This document shows, in pieces, positions 15,328 to 24,000 of a stretch of 24,000 bases of DNA. The stretch is from contig CABOGK010000004.1 in NCBI GenBank assembly GCA_902399855.1, positions 15,503 through 39,502 on the forward strand. Reading direction: 5' to 3'. This DNA comes from Erysipelotrichaceae bacterium (GTDB lineage Bacteria; Bacillota_I; Bacilli_A; Erysipelotrichales; Erysipelotrichaceae). Position numbers and translations under genes: made by a program. How positions within the stretch are numbered: position 1 is the stretch's first letter; every line of letters begins with the position of its first letter. Under the pieces are notes generated by a model. The model did not search any database. It was given only the letters and a program-made list of their open reading frames with translations, and was not told the origin of the DNA.

Positions 15328-16161
15328 TTATAGAAGCTTTAATTTTACAAATGCATAGTATAAACCATTTTTATCTATGGATTTAGTAACAAAATCGGCT
15401 ACCTTTTTTACCTCTTTATCTCCATTTCCCATGCAGACACCAATATTGGAAAATTTTAACATTTCAATGTCGTTTAAACTATCTCCAAAAGCGATTGAAT
15501 CTTCTATTGGAAATCGAACATAATCTAGAACTTTTTTAATTCCTGTGGCTTTTGTAATACCATCTATCATAATTTCTCCATGTGTTAATGAAGATGTTGA
15601 TGTATTCAGAAATCCAGTTATTGTATTTGGCAAGGATTGCATTAATTCCTCGCAAACCTTTCTATCTTTAGAGAATAAAGAGATTTTTAAAATGGAGTAA
15701 TAATCTATAGGCTTTATACTAGAAAAATGAAACATTTTATTTTCGTTTAAAAGAGCTCTGGCTAATTCGGAGTTATTATTTGCCTGCTCTAGTTTAAAAC
15801 TATGAAACATGTCGTAAGCTTCTCCATCAAGAAAACTCTTTGAATGTCCATCTAAGGTAAATCCTATGTGGTGCTTTTTCATGAAATTAACACAATAATG
15901 CAACGCATCTTGGGGGAATGACGCAGTGTAGATGTTTTTTTTATGAACAAAAATATTTGCTCCACAGGATAAAATATAGCCGTCAAGAGGAAGAAATGAA
16001 AAATCATTTCCTACTTCTGAAATTCCGCGACCAGTACAAATAAAAATTAGATGCCCATTCTTTTTTGCCATACGAATAGCTTTAATGGAAGATTCTGGTA
16101 TGGAATTTGTAGAGTAATCAAATAAAGTACCATCAATATCTAGGAAGATTGCCTTTTTCAT
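15328..16161 (-). CDS. Cof-type HAD-IIB family hydrolase (probable sugar-phosphate phosphatase)
   Basis: 277 aa with motif I FLDIDGTLF and motif IV GDSLNDIEML. An AAGGAGG RBS is present. The ATGA overlap with the upstream regulator stop (16158-16161) implies co-transcription. Confidence 0.85.
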   Translation of the reverse strand: MKKAIFLDIDGTLFDYSTNSIPESSIKAIRMAKKNGHLIFICTGRGISEVGNDFSFLPLDGYILSCGANIFVHKKNIYTASFPQDALHYCVNFMKKHHIGFTLDGHSKSFLDGEAYDMFHSFKLEQANNNSELARALLNENKMFHFSSIKPIDYYSILKISLFSKDRKVCEELMQSLPNTITGFLNTSTSSLTHGEIMIDGITKATGIKKVLDYVRFPIEDSIAFGDSLNDIEMLKFSNIGVCMGNGDKEVKKVADFVTKSIDKNGLYYAFVKLKLL

Positions 16162-18101
16162 TTCTGGTCAGCCTCCTTTTGATCAATCCAAGAATATACA
16201 AAGTTTTCAAAGTCTTTGAAAGAAGTACAGTTTCTTAAGTCCTGTATGATGTTAGGCTCGGCAAAAAATGAAATCATGGACTCGTACAGATATCGAAATT
16301 GCCTTCGATCGGCTTTATTAATAGCCAGTAATAAGATGACATAGACTGTATTGTGGCCCCAATTAATGCCTTTTTTTGAGATGAACACAGATATACTTGT
16401 TTTTATTGCGTTCATATCCGCAGAATGTGGTATGGCAATATTACCAAAAGCAGTAGTGGCTGCATTTTCTCTTTGATAGACCCTTTCTTCAAACGTGGAA
16501 TCTACATAATTTTTATTGATGAGTTTATCACATAAAAATGTTAAAACTTGTTCTTTACTTTCAAATTCATTATTCATTATAAATAAATCTTTTTCAAAAA
16601 AGTCATGGAAATTGATTCTAAGCTTATGATCTTTAAATATTTCTCTACTTTTACTAACGGAATGTTGGATATTATCAATTTGAGAGTTTAACTCGATAGG
16701 TGAAATGGGAACAATCATTTCATTTTCTTTTGCCTGATATCGTAATGGAATAGTAGTAAATATAATGGCAAAGGGGTTACTGACCTTTTTTATGAGTGTT
16801 TCTTCAGGAAGAACAGAAAATAGATTCAATTGATTTCCAAAATTGATGAGCAGAAAATTTGTAATCTGTTTTGACATATCATGATAGTCGGGACAGATTA
16901 AAATAGCCGGAACTTTCGCCTTGCTTTCACTTTGTCTTTCAATTTCAGCGCCAATATGCATGGCCAAAAAAGCAGTTTCATCCTCATTGATCATAATATT
17001 AAATTGTTCCATAAGGTCCAAAGATATAAAAATAGCAATGTCAAATACCAGAGGACTGTTTGTTCGTATGATTTGTGCCATGGAATTTGCGGTATAGCGG
17101 TTTTCTTTAGCACGAAATATTAAATTTTTGAGGTGTAAAGCGAATGGAGTTTTGAATGAGTCGCTGGATAAATCAATCATATAGTAATTATTAATTTCAT
17201 GGACGTATTTTTCAGTTAATTGAATAATATTTTCTCCAACAACATTTCCAAGTTCTTTATCAAATGATGACAGAGAGTAATTTGCGTTTGCTTTAAAAAT
17301 CATATATATGTCAAAAAGTTCATAGTCATTTAATACCATATGAAAATTTTGTTCCAATTCAGTATGTAAATCCATTAAAAAATCTTTTTCACTTTTAGAA
17401 TCAAAATGAAATAGAGTAGAGCCAGAATGTAAATCGCTACCGATAATCTTACGGTCCAGAATAATACAAAGATGTAGCAGTATATTGATGGAAGAAAAAT
17501 CGTTTAAATAGAAATTGTGCTTCTTAAAAGTCTCTTGAATAATTTTTTGTAATTTGAAAACATCAATACTTTTAAAGTTTTGAGCTAGGGCTTCTGTATT
17601 AATTAATGAATTACGATATTCTTCATTTATAACATAACTGATGAGTTTTCTTTTATCTTTTTCGTTTCCTTTAATGCGAATCTGTTCATTTTCACATGTA
17701 AATTCGATGTGATAGGAAGAAAAAGTTTTATTCATCTTCGATAATAATGAACGTATTGTAGAATAACTGACACATAGATAATCACAAACATCAAAAATAT
17801 CCAGAGAAGAAGAATGATTTAAAAAAAGCTGTTTAATTATATAATATGATCTTTCTTCATGTGTCTGCGGCAATACTTCTGTATCTTCGTTAAGTAATAA
17901 AGAAATATTACTTTTGGAATTAATCGTATAGCCTGATCGTGATGAAAGTATGATTTTCTTTCCATACATACTGTTTATTTCATGTACAAAATTTTTAACA
18001 GAGCGAGGGGATACTTGCAGAACATTCGCAATTTCATTACTTGTTGAAGCTGAGTTTTGAATAGAAAGATATTTTAGAAGGTCTATGTATTTTTTCTTCA
18101 T
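16158..18101 (-). CDS. PRD-domain transcriptional regulator (LicR/CelR-like)
   Basis: 647 aa. It has an N-terminal HTH (TSNEIANVLQVSPRSVKNFVHEIN) and PRD-type segments (LLHLCIILDR, FALHLKNLIFR, FLAMHIGAEIER). The EIIB-like segment has a Cys (PAILICPD). The C-terminal EIIA-2-like domain carries AIPHS. A GGGAGGG RBS is present. Confidence 0.85.
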   Translation of the reverse strand: MKKKYIDLLKYLSIQNSASTSNEIANVLQVSPRSVKNFVHEINSMYGKKIILSSRSGYTINSKSNISLLLNEDTEVLPQTHEERSYYIIKQLFLNHSSSLDIFDVCDYLCVSYSTIRSLLSKMNKTFSSYHIEFTCENEQIRIKGNEKDKRKLISYVINEEYRNSLINTEALAQNFKSIDVFKLQKIIQETFKKHNFYLNDFSSINILLHLCIILDRKIIGSDLHSGSTLFHFDSKSEKDFLMDLHTELEQNFHMVLNDYELFDIYMIFKANANYSLSSFDKELGNVVGENIIQLTEKYVHEINNYYMIDLSSDSFKTPFALHLKNLIFRAKENRYTANSMAQIIRTNSPLVFDIAIFISLDLMEQFNIMINEDETAFLAMHIGAEIERQSESKAKVPAILICPDYHDMSKQITNFLLINFGNQLNLFSVLPEETLIKKVSNPFAIIFTTIPLRYQAKENEMIVPISPIELNSQIDNIQHSVSKSREIFKDHKLRINFHDFFEKDLFIMNNEFESKEQVLTFLCDKLINKNYVDSTFEERVYQRENAATTAFGNIAIPHSADMNAIKTSISVFISKKGINWGHNTVYVILLLAINKADRRQFRYLYESMISFFAEPNIIQDLRNCTSFKDFENFVYSWIDQKEADQK

Positions 18102-18162
18102 TAGAGTTCCCTCCCATAATATATTCTTTAGTCTATCTTATACATTTCTTAGCTTCAAATAA

Positions 18163-18221
18163 TTTGATGCACTTTAAAGTGAAAATAGTCAAAATAAAAA
18201 TTTGCATCAAAAGGTGAAAAT
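18163..18221. promoter_or_regulatory. Repeat-structured control region between regulator 2 and the EIIB operon
   Basis: A direct repeat with 35-bp period: TGCACTTTAAAGTGAAAAT (18168-18186) versus TGCATCAAAAGGTGAAAAT (18203-18221), 14/19 identical. There is also the inverted repeat TTTGATGCA (18163-18171) / TGCATCAAA (18203-18211). Confidence 0.45.
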
Positions 18222-18285
18222 CAAAAGAGGAATATTGAAAAGATATAAATCATAATACAGACAGATGAAAAGAAAGGAGAAAAAC

Positions 18286-18597
18286 ATGGAAACTGTAAGA
18301 ATCTTATTGTGCTGTGGGGCTGGTATGTCAAGTGGTTTTTTGGCCAGTAACACACGTAAAGTGGCTAAAAAGAAAAAGCTAAATGTTACGGTGGAAGCAA
18401 GAAGCATCTCAGAAGTAGGAGAATACTTAGATAAGATAGATGTTTTATTGTTAGGGCCACACTATGCGTCTGAATTAGATCAGTATAAAACTGTAACAGC
18501 TAAATACGATGTCAAAGTTGCTGCTATCCCGCAAGATATTTATGCTACATTAGATGGTGCTCGTTTACTTGATTTAGCTTTCAGCTTGTTAAAGTAA
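18286..18597 (+). CDS. PTS EIIB, lactose/cellobiose family
   Basis: 104 aa. The N-terminal ILLCCGAGMSSG carries the phosphorylatable Cys motif. I moved the start from 18265 to ATG 18286 (AAGGAG at 18274-18279). Confidence 0.9.
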   Translation: METVRILLCCGAGMSSGFLASNTRKVAKKKKLNVTVEARSISEVGEYLDKIDVLLLGPHYASELDQYKTVTAKYDVKVAAIPQDIYATLDGARLLDLAFSLLK

Positions 18598-18606
18598 ATA
18601 AAAAAA

Positions 18607-18662
18607 GGGCTAAAAGTAGAGATCTTAGCCCGGAAAGAAATCTTTGGAATCCGATTTCTTTT
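18607..18662 (+). promoter_or_regulatory. Two tandem stem-loops in the EIIB-EIIC spacer (attenuator or processing/stability element)
   Basis: GGGCTAA (18607-18613) pairs with TTAGCCC (18625-18631). AAAGAAATC (18634-18642) pairs with GATTTCTTT (18653-18661), followed by TGTT. Neither has a strong T-tract. Confidence 0.35.
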
Positions 18663-18708
18663 GTTAGTATAGTTTGAATTCAGTAAAAAATCAATAAGGA
18701 GATAAAAT

Positions 18709-19947
18709 ATGAATAGGTTTATGAAATGGTTGGCAGAATCTTTTGCTCCGACCATGAATAGATGGTTTAGTAAACCCTGGCTTGCTGCAGTGTCAAATTG
18801 TATGCAAAAGATTATCCCGTTTATTTTAACAGGATCTCTAATCTATTTTTATAATGTATTTGTTTCATTTTTTCCAAGTTTACCGGATTTATCGCCAATT
18901 TTAAATTATAGCTTCATGCTAATTACTATGATTGTAGCCTTTATGATGGCCAATCAATGTATGGAGAAATTGAATCATCCTGGTTATACCACGAATGCAG
19001 GAATTGCTGCAATTTGTATTTTGTTTATGGCTGTAACGCCAAAAGGGGACTCTGCAGATAGTTTATCTGCTTTCATGGGAAACTTAGGTCCTAGTGGAAT
19101 TGCGGTTGGTATGGTAATTGGTTTGTTTGTTTCATTTGTATTTCATTTGTGGGGAAAATTGCATTTTTTAGAGGATAGTAGTGTTCCGGATTTTGTGACA
19201 GGATGGATCAATACAATTATTCCTAACGTGCTTTGTTTAGCTATAGGTATGATTGTCGTATTTAATTTTGGAATAAATCTTGTCGATGTAATTTTAGGTG
19301 TTTTTATGCCAATTTCAAATATTCTTTCGACGCTACCAGGATTTATTCTTTACTCATTTATAATGGGCTTCTTTTACACCCTGGGTGTATCCACTTGGTT
19401 ATGGGGTGCAATATCTACACCGGTTTTTATGATCAATATACAGCAAAACATTGATGCGGTAGCTGCTGGAAATGCAGCCACACAAATTGTTACCAGTGAA
19501 GCTGTATTTACTTTGGCTTTTATTACAATGGGAGGAGTATGCTGTACGTTAGGATTGAACTTGTTGATGTGTTTCTCAAAATCGAAACAGCTAAAAATGT
19601 TAGGAAGAGTATTCTTAGCTCCAAGTATTTTCAACATCAATGAACCAATTATGTTTGGTGCACCAGTAGTTTTTAATCCTTTATTAATGCTTCCTGCATG
19701 GATCAATGCAATTATTGGACCGGTATATGTGTGGGTACTGATGAGTACCGGATTATTGAATATACCATCTAAAATGATACAAGTAGGCCAAATTCCTGCA
19801 CCATTCTGTTCGGTAATGGTCACACAAGATATGCGTGCATTATTATGGTGGGCTATTCTCTTTGTGATATATATTGCAATTTGGTATCCATTCTTCAAGG
19901 TGTACGAAAAACAAAAATTACAAGAAGAAAGCCAACAGGCTGCATAA
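18709..19947 (+). CDS. PTS EIIC, lactose/cellobiose (type-3) family
   Basis: 412 aa and polytopic, with the NINEPIMFGAPVVFNP motif. A TAAGGAG RBS is present. Confidence 0.9.
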   Translation: MNRFMKWLAESFAPTMNRWFSKPWLAAVSNCMQKIIPFILTGSLIYFYNVFVSFFPSLPDLSPILNYSFMLITMIVAFMMANQCMEKLNHPGYTTNAGIAAICILFMAVTPKGDSADSLSAFMGNLGPSGIAVGMVIGLFVSFVFHLWGKLHFLEDSSVPDFVTGWINTIIPNVLCLAIGMIVVFNFGINLVDVILGVFMPISNILSTLPGFILYSFIMGFFYTLGVSTWLWGAISTPVFMINIQQNIDAVAAGNAATQIVTSEAVFTLAFITMGGVCCTLGLNLLMCFSKSKQLKMLGRVFLAPSIFNINEPIMFGAPVVFNPLLMLPAWINAIIGPVYVWVLMSTGLLNIPSKMIQVGQIPAPFCSVMVTQDMRALLWWAILFVIYIAIWYPFFKVYEKQKLQEESQQAA

Positions 19948-19959
19948 AGGGGGTAAATT

Positions 19960-20301
19960 ATGGACGAACAAAACGAATTAATATCTGTCGCCATGCAAAT
20001 TATTTTGCATGCTGGTGATGCCCGAAATCTTGCCAGAGAATCCTTATCTTTAGCTAAGAATTTTGAATTTGAAAAAGCTGATTATAAGCTGAAAGAGGCG
20101 GAAGAATCTTTGGTACTAGCACATAAATCACAGACGGAAATCATTCAGAATGAAGCAAGTGGGCATAGTTATCAATTTAGCTTATTGTTCGCTCATGCAC
20201 AAGATACTCTAATGACAATTCAATCAGAACTAAAAATGTCTAAAGAGATGATAGACATTTTAAAGATTATTAGTAAGCAAGGCGGTGAACGTGATGAGTA
20301 A
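19960..20301 (+). CDS. PTS EIIA, lactose/cellobiose family
   Basis: 113 aa and helical, with HAGDARN near the N-terminus and the LLFAHAQDTLMT active-site His motif. An AAGGGGG RBS is present. Confidence 0.9.
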   Translation: MDEQNELISVAMQIILHAGDARNLARESLSLAKNFEFEKADYKLKEAEESLVLAHKSQTEIIQNEASGHSYQFSLLFAHAQDTLMTIQSELKMSKEMIDILKIISKQGGERDE

Positions 20302-21730
20302 TTTTTCATCGGAATTTCTATGGGGAGCATCCACTTCTGCCTACCAGGTTGAAGGAGCAGCTTCGATAGATGGGAAAAAGCCTTCGCAGCAAGATGTGAT
20401 TAATAAGGATTCCTATAAAAAATTTGGCTTTGCAACTGCTGAAATTGCGAGCGATCAATATCATCACTATAAAGAAGATATTGCTCTAATGAAAGAAATG
20501 GGATTCAAAGCGTATCGGTTTTCGATTGCTTGGTCGCGTGTCTTTCCAGATGGAGTTGGTGAAGTTAACGAAAAAGGAATTCAATATTATCGTGATTTGA
20601 TCAATGAATTAAAGAAAAATGATATTGAACCTATTATTACTTTGTATCATTACGATTTGCCCTGGGCCTTGGTTGAAAAATATGGTGGATGGCTTGATCG
20701 ACAAGTCATAGAAGATTTTGAATATTATGCACGCTTCATTATCAATGAATTTAAGGATAAAGTAAAATATTGGACTACGATCAATGAACAAAGCATCATT
20801 GTTCAATTTTGGACACAAAAGTGTTATATCCCTCAAGAATTGCAGGGAAACAACCAACTACGATATCAAATCAACCACCACATGAATTTAGCGCATGCGA
20901 TTGCTTGTAAATTAGTGCATGAATTGGTTCCTGATGGATTAGTGGGAGCAGCGTTAGGTTATTCTCCGATTTATCCTCTGAGCTCTAAACCAGAAGATTG
21001 TATGGCAGCACAAAATGCGCATGATTTGCGAAATGCATTCTATTTAGATATTTACTTTAAAGGTGAATATACAAAATCAGCAATGATCTATTTAGAAAAA
21101 CATGGATTGGCTCCTAAAATTGAACCAGGTGATATGGAGCTCATCAAAGAAGGATATTCGGATTTTCTGGCACTGAATTATTATGCTAGTGAATGTGCAA
21201 AGTACTGTTCAGATAATGGAACTAAACAAATTAGATATAGTGGTGTGAATCGCTCTGGTAAGAAAGGAGAGATTTCGGGTTTTGAGACGCATCCAGGATT
21301 TTATGAAATGTGCAAGAATCCCAATTTGGATACAACAGACTGGGATTGGGCAATTGATCCTACCGGATTAGAATATATGTTCAGAGATATTTATACTCGA
21401 TATGAGAAACCATTGATGATTACAGAAAATGGACTAGGTGCCTATGATACATTGACCACGGATGGGAAAGTCCATGATGATTATCGTATTCATTATTTAA
21501 GAGAGCATATCAAAGCTATGAACCGTGCCATGGAATATGGTGTGGAAGTGTTAGCCTACTGTCCGTGGTCAGCTATTGATTTACTCTCCACTAGTAATGG
21601 CGTCAAAAAACGATATGGATTTATATATGTGGATCGTACGGATGATGACCCAAAAGAATGTAAACGATTAAAGAAAGATTCATTTTATTGGTATAAGAAA
21701 GTCATCGAATCTAACGGAGAAGAATTATAA
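20294..21730 (+). CDS. GH1 6-phospho-beta-glucosidase
   Basis: It has the N-terminal signature FLWGASTSAYQVEGA, acid/base TINEQ, nucleophile MITENG and the phosphate-pocket type STSNGVKKRYG. I prefer ATG 20294 over the ORF-track GTG 20285. It overlaps the EIIA stop by 8 nt. Confidence 0.9.
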   Translation: MSNFSSEFLWGASTSAYQVEGAASIDGKKPSQQDVINKDSYKKFGFATAEIASDQYHHYKEDIALMKEMGFKAYRFSIAWSRVFPDGVGEVNEKGIQYYRDLINELKKNDIEPIITLYHYDLPWALVEKYGGWLDRQVIEDFEYYARFIINEFKDKVKYWTTINEQSIIVQFWTQKCYIPQELQGNNQLRYQINHHMNLAHAIACKLVHELVPDGLVGAALGYSPIYPLSSKPEDCMAAQNAHDLRNAFYLDIYFKGEYTKSAMIYLEKHGLAPKIEPGDMELIKEGYSDFLALNYYASECAKYCSDNGTKQIRYSGVNRSGKKGEISGFETHPGFYEMCKNPNLDTTDWDWAIDPTGLEYMFRDIYTRYEKPLMITENGLGAYDTLTTDGKVHDDYRIHYLREHIKAMNRAMEYGVEVLAYCPWSAIDLLSTSNGVKKRYGFIYVDRTDDDPKECKRLKKDSFYWYKKVIESNGEEL

Positions 21731-21734
21731 GTAG

Positions 21735-23240
<1,506 letters not shown>

Positions 23241-23265
23241 TATATTTGCCATGGCATTTGTTAAA

Positions 23266-23312
23266 ATCTCGTATTTTCGAAAGAAGTAGAATTACGGGAT
23301 CTTTTATATTTT
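23266..23312 (+). terminator. Terminator after the GH1 pair
   Basis: ATCTCGTA (23266-23273) pairs with TACGGGAT (23293-23300, one G-U pair), followed by CTTTTATATTTT. The loop is rather long (19 nt). Confidence 0.5.
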
Positions 23313-23378
23313 ACAAAAGTTCGTACATAAAAGTGTATTCTGAGAACAAAAGTTCGTACATAGAATGTAATTTGATAG
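23313..23378 (+). repeat. Tandem 33-bp repeat (two units) upstream of the AAA ATPase gene
   Basis: ACAAAAGTTCGTACATA is exact at 23313-23329 and 23346-23362. The unit tails are diverged (AAAGTGTATTCTGAGA versus GAATGTAATTTGATAG). TATAAT at 23388-23393 follows. Confidence 0.8.
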
Positions 23379-23414
23379 AAAATGATGTATAATCATGGTA
23401 AATAGGAGTCTGCT

Positions 23415-24000
23415 ATGGAAAGAAAATTAATGACTAAACTCAAACAGTGGAAAGAAGATAAGAACAGAAAGCCGTTGATTATACGAGGGGCACGTCAAGT
23501 TGGAAAAACATGGATCATGAAGGAATTCGGAAAACGGTATTTTGATCAGTTTGTATATATTAATTTTGATGAAAACAGGCGAATGAAAGATTTATTTGAA
23601 GGAAATATTGATCCTAAAACAATACTTATGCTACTCAATGCAGAAACAGGTATTTCCATTCACTCGGAAACAACACTGATTATATTTGATGAAGTTCAGG
23701 AAGTTCCCAGAGCTTTAACGTCTTTAAAATATTTTTATGAAGAAGCACCGGAATATCCTGTTATTGCAGCTGGATCCTTATTAGGCGTAGCACTTCATGA
23801 GGGAACCTCTTTTCCTGTAGGGAAAGTATCGTTTCTAAATTTATATCCATTATCTTTTATAGAATTTTTGGATGCCTGCAATGAAACGGCATTAGTGCAA
23901 CTTTTAAAAGATAGAAACCAAAATACGTTCCAATTATTAAAAGAGAAATATATCGAAAGATTAAAACAATATTATTTTGTAGGAGGTATGCCAGAGGCTG
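23415..24000 (+). CDS. AAA-family ATP-binding protein (AAA_14/DUF4143 type), 3' end outside window
   Basis: This gene is not in the ORF track because it runs off the window. AGGAG at 23404-23408 precedes ATG 23415. The translation begins MERKLMTKLKQWKEDKNRKPLIIRGARQVGKTWIMKEFGKRYFDQFVYINFDE, and further along the ORF reads TTLIIFDEVQEVPRALTSLKYFYEE. That gives Walker A GARQVGKT and Walker B IIFDEVQ. The N-terminal architecture is typical of DUF4143 ATPases. Confidence 0.8.
   Translation, partial: MERKLMTKLKQWKEDKNRKPLIIRGARQVGKTWIMKEFGKRYFDQFVYINFDENRRMKDLFEGNIDPKTILMLLNAETGISIHSETTLIIFDEVQEVPRALTSLKYFYEEAPEYPVIAAGSLLGVALHEGTSFPVGKVSFLNLYPLSFIEFLDACNETALVQLLKDRNQNTFQLLKEKYIERLKQYYFVGGMPEA

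Noticed and set aside
18607-18662. RAT/terminator antitermination element for a BglG/LicT-type regulator
   Set aside because: Both PRD regulators here have N-terminal DNA-binding HTH domains rather than an RNA-binding CAT domain. The hairpins lie between EIIB and EIIC rather than in the operon leader, and they lack a T-tract.
19374-19994. 206-aa minus-strand ORF, the largest unannotated ORF in the track
   Set aside because: It lies entirely antisense to the well-supported EIIC gene (18709-19947). It has no RBS, an odd composition rich in Cys/Ile/Asn runs, and no recognisable motif. This is a typical shadow ORF in AT-rich DNA.
23247-23256. Palindrome TGCCATGGCA just after the GH1 stop
   Set aside because: It is a 10-bp perfect palindrome with no loop and no T-tract. 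It is too short to be meaningful and is probably coincidental.

Overview
This is a densely coding, low-GC Gram-positive (Bacillota-type) chromosomal segment with AGGAGG-type RBSs and hairpin/T-run terminators. I saw no rRNA, tRNA, CRISPR array, transposase or integrase. From left to right the window holds: the end of a YitT-family gene; a heterodimeric ABC exporter pair (minus strand, one degenerate ATP site); a Cof-type HAD phosphatase; a roughly 750-bp multiply frameshifted gene remnant; and a complete YitT-family gene. Locus 1 (6.7-13.6 kb) follows, with an HTH-PRD-EIIB-like-EIIA regulator, an RDD membrane protein, an orphan lactose/cellobiose-family PTS EIIC, a small stand-alone GrdB-N-terminal-like protein and two paralogous M42 aminopeptidases. 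From about 13.6 kb the DNA is visibly more AT-rich. That part starts with a frameshifted MerR-HTH/2-TM/PH-like gene and a translationally coupled unknown ORF. Locus 2 (15.3-23.2 kb) has a HAD phosphatase and a second PRD regulator (minus strand) divergent from EIIB-EIIC-EIIA and two GH1 6-phospho-beta-glucosidases. The second GH1 has Gln in place of the acid/base Glu. The window ends inside a DUF4143-type AAA ATPase gene. The most notable signal is an 18-bp palindrome, TTTCCTA-N4-TAGGAAA, present five times (three perfect copies), each 31-32 nt upstream of a -10-like box. It ties the HAD, YitT, regulator-RDD, EIIC/GrdB-like and M42 genes into one predicted regulon: a PTS-linked peptidase system with no assigned substrate. 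All family calls rest on motif recognition by eye, not on database searches.
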